A stretch of DNA of 53,672 nt, filler included, from Jimgerdemannia flammicorona (Eukaryota): assembly GCA_003990765.1 (NCBI GenBank). It is 2 parts of 2 records of this genome, joined end to end, with 100 filler letters (N's around TTAATTAATTAA, not from the genome) between each part and the next. Parts side by side here need not be neighbours in the genome. Positions count along the whole stretch, not along the records: positions 1 to 26,798 come from RBNJ01000694.1; positions 26,899 to 53,672 come from RBNJ01000695.1. One strand, 5' to 3'. The notes beneath the pieces are model-generated. The model was not told the DNA's origin and made no database searches. It was given only the letters and a program-made list of their open reading frames with translations. Every line of letters starts with the position of its first letter. Position 1 is the first letter of the stretch. Position numbers and translations under genes: made by a program. Shown here piece after piece: positions 26,540 through 39,000 of this stretch.

Positions 26540-26798
26540 CTACACTCATTTATTCTGAACATAGTTACATAGCGAACAGTGGGAAACCATCCCCCAGATT
26601 ACCTGACAAGAAAGTAAGTGGGGTCAGGCCCTGAAAAGAGTAGCCTCGGGCTACCCGACACCTAACCTTAGCAAAGCCAAGGTGGCCGGGGCCTGGTTCT
26701 CTCTGCCCTGAGCCGCTCCCACCCCCCCCTCCCCGCCCATAACAATGCACCACCAAGGCCACAACCGGCCCCCTCATATAAATAATATATACAATGAA
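26503..26798 (-). mobile_element. 3' end of a polyadenylated non-LTR retroelement
   Basis: 37-nt poly(T) with AATAAA about 10 nt upstream on the minus strand, GC-rich body, interrupts A copy 3. Confidence 0.65.
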
Positions 26799-26898
26799 NN
26801 NNNNNNNNNNNNNNNNNNNNNNNNNNNNNNNNNNNNNNNNNNTTAATTAATTAANNNNNNNNNNNNNNNNNNNNNNNNNNNNNNNNNNNNNNNNNNNN
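26799..26898. other. Assembly gap with artificial TTAATTAATTAA linker
   Basis: 100 bp of N with a central all-frame-stop linker at 26843-26854. Confidence 0.98.
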
Positions 26899-29150
26899 TT
26901 TTTTTTTGTTTAACGGACTCATGTCCCATGGATTTTTATTGGAAGGGAACCTAGACTATATAGGCCAAAACCCTCCCCCACCACCCACCAAGCACTGCCT
27001 CCCCATTAACCTAGGCTAGCTATTGTCCAGCAGCTCGACCATGCCAGGTGCAGCAGGGCTGATAAGCCCACATCTCATTCTGCGCACCATGCTCTCCCTA
27101 CCACCAGGGGAAACCCAACCATATGCCAACGACCGAAAGTGCATGCCTGAGAACCCAACATATGTACAAGGCTATGCCCGAGCTGAATAGAATAGCCCCT
27201 GCCACCCCAAAGAGAATGACAGGTAAAGAAAAACTCTCATCAAAGCACAACATGGTGGGTAGGGCCTGGTTCTCCCAGTTGAGGTGAGTAAAGGACTTAC
27301 ATGTGAGGTGGGAGAAAACCCCCAATACCCCACTACTCAAGCCTGTAGGCCTCGATCATATTGCTATGTCAGCTCCTGGTTCCAGTTGAGTGTAGCCAAG
27401 ATGCCTGAAATGGATAGCCTCAGGCCTTCCGACCCCCCCTGACGACTGGAGCCCAACCCCGCTGACCACCAAAAGAAGCCAATAGTGACACCTACCACCT
27501 AACTGCGCCACACCAATCAAAAGGCCCCACTGAAGCAGCACCTGCCCCAGCCCCAATGACCGCCCCCAGCCTGGCACCCTACTGGTTCACCATAATCATC
27601 CTTCCGCCTATCTGTAATGGCCATCTCCCCTCCCATCCCAACAACACCTGAAAAGCAGTCACCTATGCCAGAACTGTGCTCGTCAGGAAGCTCACCAAAG
27701 CCAGAGAGCCCCACCACAGGCACCGAGGACCTGCAGGTAACCTATACTGAGCACTTGATGCCCAAGGTCGGCCGACTCCCTACGTAGCCTGAGATACACC
27801 GAGACAACTCCTTGTTGGCAATGGCAAAAGGAAGAAAACGCCACACCAAAACAGGTACACCCCAGACACAGCTGAAGGCACCAGAATCCGCGAAAAAGTG
27901 GAGAAAACACAGATCTGACACCGATAAAGGGGCAACTCATCACTATTGCCCTCCTTCCACTATGCCCCTGCAGGCACAGCAAACCAACCCGAGGTAGAGG
28001 GGGTAATATTAGGGGAAAGGGGACTTGGAAGGTCGCTTACCAAACCTTGTGACTGGTAAGGTAGCGGAGAAAGGTGATGACAAGTCCTCCTCCTCCTTCT
28101 CACTCCCCTTCACCCTCGACACCTTACAGATGAATGTCCCCCACATCAGCACAGAAGGCCAGTTACTTGCCTTTCCTGTAGCCTCCTTGCCTGCCAGCCG
28201 AATCCTGACATCAATGTCGCCTGTCCTGATTGTTGTCCCCTCTTACATCTGAAAGCCAATTTCTACCATATCACCATATTCAATCATCACCTCCTCCACC
28301 CTCTTCCTAGTCTCCTCCTTAGTCACTGTGGGCACCCCCTTCACTAGGAGCTGCATCACCCTGGGGTCTCAATGCAAGCACCACACTATGGGGACCACCA
28401 CCTCCCCAACCACAACTCCAGTCTTCAGTGTCTCATCCAGTGGGCCTGCCTCCTCAAAGCCCACCTCAACCCCCTCCAGACCCTTCAAGAACTTCACTGA
28501 GACTGCCCCAGTCACCTGCTTCGAAACAAGCCCCAGAACTATCCTCACCATCACCACCAAGCCCCAGAAGCACAAGATCACCATGAACTCCAAGATTAAC
28601 TTCTTGAGCAACAGGGTCACTGCCAGCCCCATTACACCATCTGCCAGGTCTCCCTTCTGCATTGGGAACCCTGCCCCACCTGGCCATCAGCTATCACATC
28701 TCTTTTTTTTTTTCTGATTCCCCATCACACTCTCATCAACAGTCATACCCCCAGCCACAGCACCTCCAGCCCCTACTCCAGCACTCCCAGCCAGAGCACC
28801 ACCCTCCCTCCCAAGGCTTGCCTTGCCCTTCCCCTCAGCAGCACCAGTCCTAGTACCAGCTGGCCACCCACTCTCCTTCACCTTGTCTGCGAAGCTCAGG
28901 AGACCAGATCTTCCCCCATTACCACTGGACACTGGTCTCCCTCCAGAGTCTTTGCCACTCTTAGGCCCTCCGAAGGCCCCCATCCCCAGGCCATAACCCC
29001 TCCCCACCTGCTGCCAGTCGAAGGCCCTAGATCCACCCAACCTAGTATATACACCTATATGTTCATCACTTTCTATATTGCTAGTCACCTTTCACCAAAA
29101 ACATTGTCGAAAGTATTGTCTGAGTCTTGTATCACCTGAATGTTACCAGT
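26899..29150 (-). mobile_element. Internally deleted LINE (L1/Tx1-like): ORF1-like region plus ORF2 C-terminal remnant and poly(A)
   Basis: Poly(A) and AATAAA at 26899-26940 on minus; ORF1-like frame 29088 to ~28010 (SFADKVK, LLVKGVP..EYGDMVEI..IRTGDIDVRI); IALYICWVLRH resembles the ORF2 C-terminal W-x-x-R-N motif; no endonuclease or RT seen. Confidence 0.55.
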
Positions 29151-30714
29151 GAAAGATGAATGTACCTGATATTACCTATGTCTATCTGCAAATACTATTT
29201 GGAATATATAATGCTCCACAAGCTTTTAGCAAATAATAAACAGAGTCTTTAGCAATGAGATTGAAAAATAGCTCTTTATCTATATTGATGATGTGATCAT
29301 CTTCAGTAATACTGTACAGGAATATATTAACTATATATAGCTAGCTCTCAAGAAGCTCAAGGAGCATGGCCTCTATATTAAGCTCAAAAAGTATAAGTTT
29401 ACAGTTCAGGAAATCACCTACCTAGGACACATCATCAATCAGACTAGAATTCATATAGACTCTATGAAGATTGAGACTATTGTAGTCTACCCAAGACTCA
29501 GAACAACTATAGAAGTCCATACCTTCCTTGGACTGGCCTCCTACTATAGAAGATTTATCAAAGAATACTCTAACATTGTAGCACCTATCTATGAGCTACT
29601 GAAGAAGGAGACCAAATTTAAATAGACCAAGGAATGTTAAGAAATCTTCAATGAACTCAAGATTAGATTGACCCAAACACCCATCCTCAGGAGATCAGAT
29701 TAGAATCTAGAGTTTATTCTATAGATAGACACAAGTACTATAGGACTTAGAGCAGCCCTAGCTCAGAAGAAAGATAGATATAAATATGTCATCTCTTATA
29801 TAAGCTAAGGTATTTATAAAGTAGAACAGAACTACAAGTCATATAAGCTTAAATGCTTAGCAGTAGTTTGGGCAGTAGATAAGTTCCACTACTATCTAGC
29901 CAGAAAATACTTCACTATTCAAACAGACTATTCCACTCTCACCTGGCTATTCCACACTCTGAACTCTAAAGAAATATATGTCAGATAGATCTATAGGCTA
30001 TAAGAGTATGACTGTACTATTAGGCACTACTCAGAAAGAACCAATACCAATACTGATATACTCTCAAGAATACTCCAAAACACCCTCATCAAGACTATTC
30101 AATATGAACAAAGAGCTATACTATAGATTAATTAGCTATCTTGGGCAATAGAAAATATCCAACTATCTCAAACCCTGGACTATTACCATCATCAACTGGA
30201 CTTAGAAATAATTTGAACTAGACAACACTATACTCAGAAAAGGAGGAAAGCTCATAATATCTAAATATAAGAAGTATCAAGTAATGAAGGAAGCATATGA
30301 ACAAGGATACCTAGAAGGAACCAACATATATGACAAAGTAAGAAGAACTATATAGTGACCTAAGATGGAAGAAGACTTGTACCAATTTGTCAAAGAGTAT
30401 AATAAGTACTAAAAATAAAAACAAGATCAATAAGACCAGACATTTGGGTCATCAATAATTGAGTCTATTTACTTCCACTATATTACAATGAATATCATTA
30501 GACCACTATCAGTAACACTATCAGGAAACCACTATATTATAGTTATCATAGACCTCTTTACTAAATAGATAGAAGCAAGAACATTACAAAAAGCCAATGT
30601 TCTCTCTATAACTGACTTTCTATATTGAGAAATCATCTGCCACTACAAGATATCAAGGCAAATCACCACAGACCATAACACAGAATTTGTCAATAAATTC
30701 TATGAGATAATATA

Positions 30715-32309
30715 TAGTAATAGTCAAAAGTATATTAATATTTAGTTATTATTAATATTTTAATTATATTATATCTCCAATCTAAATTCTATTTAACTAA
30801 AATTTTAAATATTAATAAAATAGTCTTTAAACTTTTGAATAGTTTGTATTTTATTATATTTAGATAATTATAGATATTAATATAACCATTTTAAGTTAAA
30901 TTGTCTATTAGTACTATTTTGACCCCTCTCAGTATATAGACCTTTTTTTTTTTTTTTTTGATGCATACATTTTGCATACTATTAATATCCAAAATTTCAC
31001 CATTATTGTTTCAGACATTCTTTACAACTCTACAATGTTTTTGAGCAATATCAATTTAGTTTCATTGTTCTGATTTCCAAATTAGACCACTTAATGTTTT
31101 CCTCAATAACTTAGTGAGTTTTCAGTCAATTTTGATGATCCTGGTGCTATTGGAAAGTCATTCTCAAGAGCTTTTCAAAGATACCAAGGTCGTTAAAATC
31201 GGATAAAAATTCACCAAGTTATCAAGGAAAACGTCCAACTCGCTAAGTCCAAAACGAACATTTTCCTCAAAATCTCAATGAATTTTCATCCGATTTTAAC
31301 GTTTATAATATCATTGTGAAGCTCTCTATAATAGCTTTCCAATGACACCAAGATCATCAAAATCGGATGAAAACTCACTGAGTTATCGAGGAAAATGTTT
31401 GGTGGTCTAATTGGTAAGATAATGGTGAATATCAATAACATAAAAAGAACTCTCAAAAAGGTCAGTATATGTATGTAAGCAAAAAAAACCTGCTTTTGCT
31501 GCCTCGTTGCATCAAGGCACAATACAAATTTATAACATAAAGATTGAACCATGACAGCCGTAAATGGATATAGGCAAGGTGCAACCTTAAAACTGAACCA
31601 TGTGACCAGAACTCTAAAATTCAGTGGCCTCGATAACTCAGTGAGTTTTCATCCAATTTTGATGATCTTGGTGTCAATGGAAAGCTATTATAGAGAGCTT
31701 TACAATGATATTATAAAAGTTAAAATCAGATGAAAATTAACTGAGATTTTGAGGAAAATGTTCATTTCAGACTTAGTAAGTTGGACGTTTTCCTTGATAA
31801 CTTGGTGAATTTTCATCTGATTTTAGTCCTTGGTATCTTTGAAAAGCTCTTGAGAATGACTTTCCAATGGCACCAGGATCATCAAAATTGACTGAAAACT
31901 CACTAAGTTATTGAGGAAAATGTTAAGTAGTCTAATTTGGAAATCAGTATAATGAAACTAAATTGATATTGCATGAATACACTGTAGAGTTATAAAGAAT
32001 GTCTGAAACAATAATGGCAAAAATTTGAATATTGATAGCATGCAAAATGTATACATAAAAAAAAAAAAAAAAAAAAAAACAGTCTATATATTGAAAAGGA
32101 TCAAAATAGTACCAATGGATAATTTAACTTAAAATAGTTATATTAATGTCCATAATTATCTAAATATAATAAAACACATACTATTCAAAAGTTTAAAGAA
32201 CTATTTTATTAATGTTTAAAATTTTAGTTAAATAGAATTTAGATTAGAGATATAATATAATTAAAATATTAATAATCACCAAACATTGGTATACTTTTGA
32301 CTATCACTG
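30715..32309. mobile_element. Non-autonomous foldback DNA transposon (Tc1/mariner type) with ~680-bp TIRs
   Basis: Arms 30715-31391 and 31628-32309 are reverse complements; termini (C/T)AGT(G/A)ATAGTCAAAAG; TA duplication at 30713-14 and 32310-11; removal restores the integrase of D. Confidence 0.9.
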
Positions 32310-33514
32310 TATCAGAAATATAAAATTCAGCATATCAAAACCACTGCATATCACTCTCAAGGAAATGGACAGATAGAAAGAACCAACAAGACCCTCAAGA
32401 ATATCCTGATAAAGATCTCAGACACATATGACAATTAGAATAACTACCTCCCAACTGCTCTCTTTGTCCTATAAGATATATAATCACAGAGTACACACTT
32501 TACTCTAAGAGAACTGCTCTTTAGAGAAGAAGATTCCAATAGAACCTTAGCCATAAATCTAGATCTAACTTGGAGATAGATTGACTCAGAAATCTGGAGA
32601 CTATACTAAATCAGGAAGAAGGCTGAAGATTATATCATCAAGTCATAAGTACTGATAAGAAAAAATATAGAAAAGAATTACAAGACTCTAGAATTTATCT
32701 AAATTAGAGAAAAGGTCCTACTGTATTGAAATATAATAGAAACCTCATGATCATGAAAACTGGAGCCCAAATGAGAAGAACTCTTCTATATATAAGATAT
32801 CAAGAGAACTACCTTTTGGCTTAGAAAACTCTCAAGGACTATACTACCTATTATGATATATAGAAACAGACTCAAGAAGTACTATGAACCTATATAAGAG
32901 AAGTAAAACATGATGACTGCCCATAAGATTTTAGTCTACAAATTATAACAGCATGTCTCTTAACCAGCAGACAATCTGTCTGGACTATTCTCTAAGGAAT
33001 ATAGTACTAGTAACTATTCATCCATGAGACTTTCAAAGCCAAAGGAGTTCAAACTATCAACTGATTGATCAAGATCAGAATCAGACCCTTGCTCTATATG
33101 AAGAGAGTAACTCTTCACCATTATACCAAAATATATAGAGAAGATGCCAGCCTATAAATATCACTTTTCGATCTCCTATTAGAGATTATAAGATCAGCAA
33201 ATTTTTTAGACTGGACCAATAAATTAGAATATTTAAGAGAAGATCCTTATTTAGAAGAAAGATGTAACAGTGACCTCAGAATGATGATATTATCACAGGA
33301 GAAAGCCTTTTCTTATAAGCCACCAGATTGAAGTATAAGAAGATCATATAGTATAACTCACCTAGGCTATAAGATGAGTAATAATAACCAACTAGGAGTT
33401 ATCATAACTACAAGACAGATATCTTGAGAAATATAAAAGAAGGATCAAGAAACTACAGTAGCAGTAACCTAAACAAGACTCACAGAAATAGTTCAAAAGA
33501 CTTACTATAAACAA

Positions 33515-34332
33515 ATGTCTGCTCACTAAACCTCAAGGTCCAGGAACTACTAAGATTCCTCAGTCTAGGAAAGGATGTTCCAAGACATTAGAAGAGCCAT
33601 GAAAACTCACATAAGAAGGACTCCTAGCCTCAACCTGGGTACTAGTAACTCTTATCATTATATCCTCTACTACTATGAAATGGAAACAAGGATCACTATT
33701 ACTACCAAATATCTCTGTATATGGTAGGAATATAAAGAAACCTCCTCTGCCAGGAATTCTCTCAGACCAGTCTCCAAGAAATATAAGATACTACTTTTAT
33801 AGATATATATGAAATAAGGATAGCTAAGAAGATTCATTATGTCTTCAGGCATATACTATAGTTGATCTCCAACTTGGAGTGTACTAGAGTCTCAGACTTT
33901 AAGAAATAGTCAGCTCACCATACTAATGCACTGGAGGCCATGGTGGCCACAGAAGCCCAGTCCACTATTACTCTCAATAGTAATGAAATAGAAGAGTTCT
34001 GGGATCTCATCCTCTAGGATAATTCAGATCAATTTCTACAAGGATTGATCTCAGCATTCCAAGGCCCCAGCATCCAGGTTAGACCTCTCCAAGACCCCAT
34101 ATTTGTTTCTTATTTTGTAGAAGAGAATGTCATAGATTAGGGAGACCCTATCACTGCTGAATAAGATGATATCACCCACAATAATGTTATTAATGATGAT
34201 GTCATTCTGTATAATATATGCAAAATATATGAAATGGATGAAATATTCATAGATCTCATTTTCTTAGAGAATATTCTGACCTCTGACAGTGATGAAGATA
34301 AAGCCTCCATGATTCTGAACATTTTGCTCTAA
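33515..34332 (+). pseudogene. Accessory ORF copy inside the LTR of element D
   Basis: Homologous to 34778-35569, more degraded. Confidence 0.75.
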
Positions 34333-34535
34333 GTTCTTGATAATACCAAAATCTTCAGATATACTTTTCCTGTACTACCAAAATCTACCAGCATTCTGAA
34401 CTTATACAACCATTTGTACAGATACTTGAATTTGTACTTATAACTATAGTTTTCTGTATTCTAGTATTTTATTTAGTTATTGGAATTTATATTTAGCTTT
34501 ATAACTTAGCAACTATTGAATTATATTTTGTATAA

Positions 34536-36046
34536 TGTAATGGTGACCCCAGAATAATGACATTAGTACAGGAGACAGCCTTTTCTTGCAAGCCATCAGA
34601 TTGGAGCACAAGAAGATCATATGGCATATGAAATGAGCAATGATGACCAACTGTGAGTCATTGTGACCACAGTATAAGCATCCTGAAGAATATAAAAGAA
34701 GGATCAAGAAACCACAGTAGCAGTAACCAATAAGAACCACCAATTCCAAAATAGCTCAAAGACTTATCACAAACAAAATGCCTGCTGCCCACCAAACCTC
34801 AAGGTTAAGGAATCACCAAGGTATCTCAGTTGAGGAAAGGATGTTCCAAGATATCAGAAGAGTCATGAGGACCCACTCAAGAAGGACTCCCAGTGTCAAC
34901 CTAGGTACTGCAGACCCTTATCACTATATTCTCTACTGCCATAAAATAGAAACTAGGATCACCATTGCTACCAAATGCCTCTAAATGTGGCAGGAGTATG
35001 AAATAGGAAACCTCCTTTGCCAGGAGTTTCCACAAGCCAGTACTCAAGAGCTACAAGATGCTATCTCTATGGATATATGTGAAACAAAGATAGCTAAGAA
35101 GATCTATCAGATCTTCAGACATACACTATAGTTGATCTCCAACTTGGAGTATGTTAGAGTCTCAGATTTCAGGAATCTGTCATCCTGCCATATCAATGCA
35201 CTAGAAGCCAGGGTGGCTACAGAAGCCCAGTCTACTATCACCCTCAATAGTGATGAAGTAGAAGACTTCTGACACCCCATTCTTCAGGACAATCTAGACC
35301 AATTCCTGCAAGAATTGATCTCAGTATTCTAAGGCCCAAGCATCTGGGTTAGATCTCCCCAAGACTCCACATTTATCCCTTATTTTGTGGAAGAGAACCT
35401 CATAGATTAGAGAGCCCCTGATTTCTCCACTGAATGTGATGATGTCATTGGTGATGATGTCATCCTGTGCAACATCAAGGTATATGAAAATGATGAATTC
35501 ACAGATCTCATCTCCTTCAGTGATGATGATGATGATGAAGCCTCCATAATTCTAAACTTTCTGCTCTAAGTTCTTTGTTATACTGAATAATACCAGTACT
35601 GGTATTTTGATGTAACACTGGATAATGCCAGCATCAGTATTTTGATATAACACCAGATAATACCAGCACTGGTATTCTGATGTGATACTGAATTATACCA
35701 GCATCCTGAACCTGTACAACCATCAGTGCCAACCCTGAAACTTAGTAGTTTTAGTTATTGGAATTTATATTTAGCTTTATATCTTAATAACTATTGAATT
35801 ATATTTTGTATAAATACCCCTCTTATTTCCTCTGAAATAAAGTCAGTTCTGGTTTCACTTACATACACTTTCTTGCAAGCAATCTAAGAGATAACAAGAT
35901 AGTTAAAGATAAGAAGTTTGAGGACTATAAGACCTTGAGAAGGTACTCCAATAAGAACTTGCTTATAATAAACTTGAGTTAGTCTAAGAGATACATCTTG
36001 AAGAGAATCTGACATATTTGAAGGACTCAGCGACCACTATATGACA
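34536..36046 (+). repeat. 5' LTR of element C (1511 bp)
   Basis: TGTAATGG...ATGACA; direct repeat of 41741-43249; includes a 35-bp tandem array (~35580-35705) and TATAAATACCCC at ~35809. Confidence 0.93.
34778..35569 (+). pseudogene. LTR (U3)-encoded accessory ORF of element C, 264 codons
   Basis: 792-nt ATG-to-TAA frame with no indels; internal stops are sense codons in another copy or are TAG/TGA pairs from TGG. Confidence 0.85.
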
Positions 36047-36099
36047 ACTTGGTGCCCATTGGCTGGTGATTCAAGACAAATCCCTCACTTTCAAGCTAA

Positions 36100-39000
36100 A
36101 AAACGAACAACTCCCACAATAACTACTCTGACTACAAGAGTCACCCCTGCAAGAATTCAAGATAAGATGGAAATGCATCCCCCCACATTCTATGAATATA
36201 TTATTGAAGAGTCAATCCTGACCTTCATTGAAGACTTTGAATAATTTGTCACTATACGAGCCCTTGGTGTGGATGCACAATTGGTCCTTCTACCAGTCAG
36301 CCTCAGAGGACCTGCCAGAGATAAGTTCAATATAGCCACCATTACTGATGCTGGTGCAGCCAAACTTGCCAACATGAAGGCCTTCCTCAGAATAATATAT
36401 TATACTAAAGAGATCAAGCAAGCTCTCAAGGATCATCTCAATACTATCTATCAGGGACTTAGTGAAGATCCCAATTCATTCTATACTCGAATCTGCTACC
36501 AGATTGTCTTGGCTGACTATGATGACTGCCTCAAGGAACAAATAGTAGATTCAACCTTCCTCAAAGGAGTTCACTCTGAAATTGCTCTAGCAATCCAGTC
36601 TACCCCAGCTGCACTGACCCTTGATCAGAAAGTAGTCTTTGCATAGAGATATTGGACTGTCAGACACCCTGCCGAACACTCAATGGAGAAAATAACTGGC
36701 ATCAAGATGGAGCCATCAAAGCTAACTAGTATCATATCTGCCACAGTTGTAAACAGACAACCAATCCCACCTATCCCCAAGACAGCCAAAGCTGACCCAG
36801 TGGAAGAACTCGCCAAGCAGTTCACCAAGATGACTGCATGCCTTGGTGATGTTGTTAGAGAAGTCTGAAGTGCCAACAGGAGACCAGTGCAGAGATTTGC
36901 AGCTGCTACAGAAGAACATAATATTACATGCTTCAGATGTGGAGAAGAAGGCCACTATGCAAAGAATTGCATAACTGAAACAAGACACAAAACTCAACCA
37001 AGCAATGCTAGCAGAACCAGAGAACAAATTAATACAGTAATTATCGAGGAGATTAGTGATACTGATAATGAAGAATACTATAAAGAGTTTGAATTCTACC
37101 CTGCTACTGAAGATACCAGAACTCAGTCCAAGCCCTATGACAAGAAGAGCAATAGCAAGCCAGTTGGAAGACCAAAGAAGACCCCAGCTGTTACTATTTA
37201 AAGCAAGACCCAACCTGAGGAGATTGATCAAGACATGGAGTTAGATGAAGCTACCTGCCAAATTATCAAAGGCACTACTCCAGTCTCAGAAGAAAGTGAA
37301 AGCAAGAAGGAACAGAAGCTGTGCAAGACCAAGATCCACCAGTATGATATTTACAAGGACCTCAAGGAACAGAAGGTCAATGCCACTTTTGGACAACTAG
37401 CTGAAGTTTCTACCTTTAGACAGCAGTTGAGAGTAGGACTTACAACTACTACCAAGAATCAAGAGTACAAGATTGTAGAAGCTCATAATGCACAGAAAGA
37501 ATCTGAGAACTCAGGTGAAGAATCTGAAGACCAGTGCAAGATATCAGCCTATACTCCATGTCAGATTGAAGACTGTATCTTTGATGCCATCATTGATACC
37601 AGTGCTGGAGGATGCCTTATGAGTAAGAAGGCAATTGACTGCCTAGGTTGAGACATTAAAGAGTCTACTAAGATGGTCTATATTACAGCAGATGGTACAC
37701 AAGCTACCCCCCTTGGTAAAATCCAAGAAGTCCCCATCAAGATAGGAGGAGCTACCAACCCAGTAGACATGATTGTTATAAGTACCACTAACTATAACAT
37801 CCTCATTGGTAACTAATGACTTCACAAGGCCAAGGCTATTATTGACCTCAATGCCCAGAAGATGCAGATCAACTATAAAGAAAGAAATGTATGAGTCTCT
37901 ATCAATGTCCACAAAGGAGTTCTACCAGACATAGAGAAAGGAGATGAAGAGGACACAGAGGTCTTCATGCACTTGGTGAACAAGAACAAGAACAAGACAC
38001 CCAAGCTCACAGATGAGCAGTAGTACAACAAGATCATCAATGGCTATGCCCCTCAAGAAAGATGCCCCCATGGTACTAGGATGTACTACTCTGAACATCT
38101 GAATGACTGCTGGTCCTATATTAGTGAAGTCAGGAAAATCTGCCAACAGAAACATGAGCAAGAAGCTGCTGAAGCAAAAAAGAAAGCCAAAGAAGATGAT
38201 CAGCCCCCAGAGCTTTAAGCTGATAGTGATGATGAGGAGGAACAAGAACCAGATATCACCCTCAAAGTCAAGAAGTTTCACCCCAAAGCCAAGATCCCCA
38301 AATACAAGACTGAAGGAGCCATAGGAATGGACCTTGCCAGCATTCAAGATACTACCCTTGAACCACAGACCACCACCCTACTTGGTACTAGAATTGGAGT
38401 CAAGCTGCCAGAGAACCATGTCAGAATTATCAAGACCAGGAGCAGTCTGGCTAAAAGCAAAATCTCAGTTGAAGGAGGAGTAATTGACCCTGATTACACT
38501 GGTGAAATCTTCCTCATAGTCAGAAATCACCACCACACCACCCCATTCGAAGTCAAGAAGCATGACAGGATTGGCCAGATGCTGATCTATGAAGTTAAGA
38601 AGCTCAAGATCATTGAAGCCATCAAACTCATCAAGACCAAGAGAGGAGAACAAGGCTTTGGATCTACTGGAAGAGGAGCCTATGCCACCACCAAGATTAC
38701 TGAACTTGAGCATAAGAAAGACAAGAACCAGAATAAGCATACATATACCATTGGAGAAAACTTTCCCCTGGAGGAACAACTTCTCAAGATCCTGTACCAG
38801 AATGAAGAAGTACTTGCTATAGACTTCAGAGATATCCACAATCAAGAACTCAAGTACTACCACAAAGTTGACACCAGTGATACCAAGCCTATCTACCAGA
38901 AAGCCAGACCCATACCACCTGCCTACAGAGAGTGGCTGTGAGCAGAACTCAAGGAAATGGAAGAAGCCAGGATCATCAAGCAAGCTATCAGCCCCTGGGC

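Noticed and set aside
26843..26854. TTAATTAATTAA palindrome
   Set aside because: Artificial linker inside the N gap
36050..36066. tRNA assignment of the element C PBS
   Set aside because: TGGTGCCCATTGG may be altered by CpG decay; tRNA identity not determinable by eye
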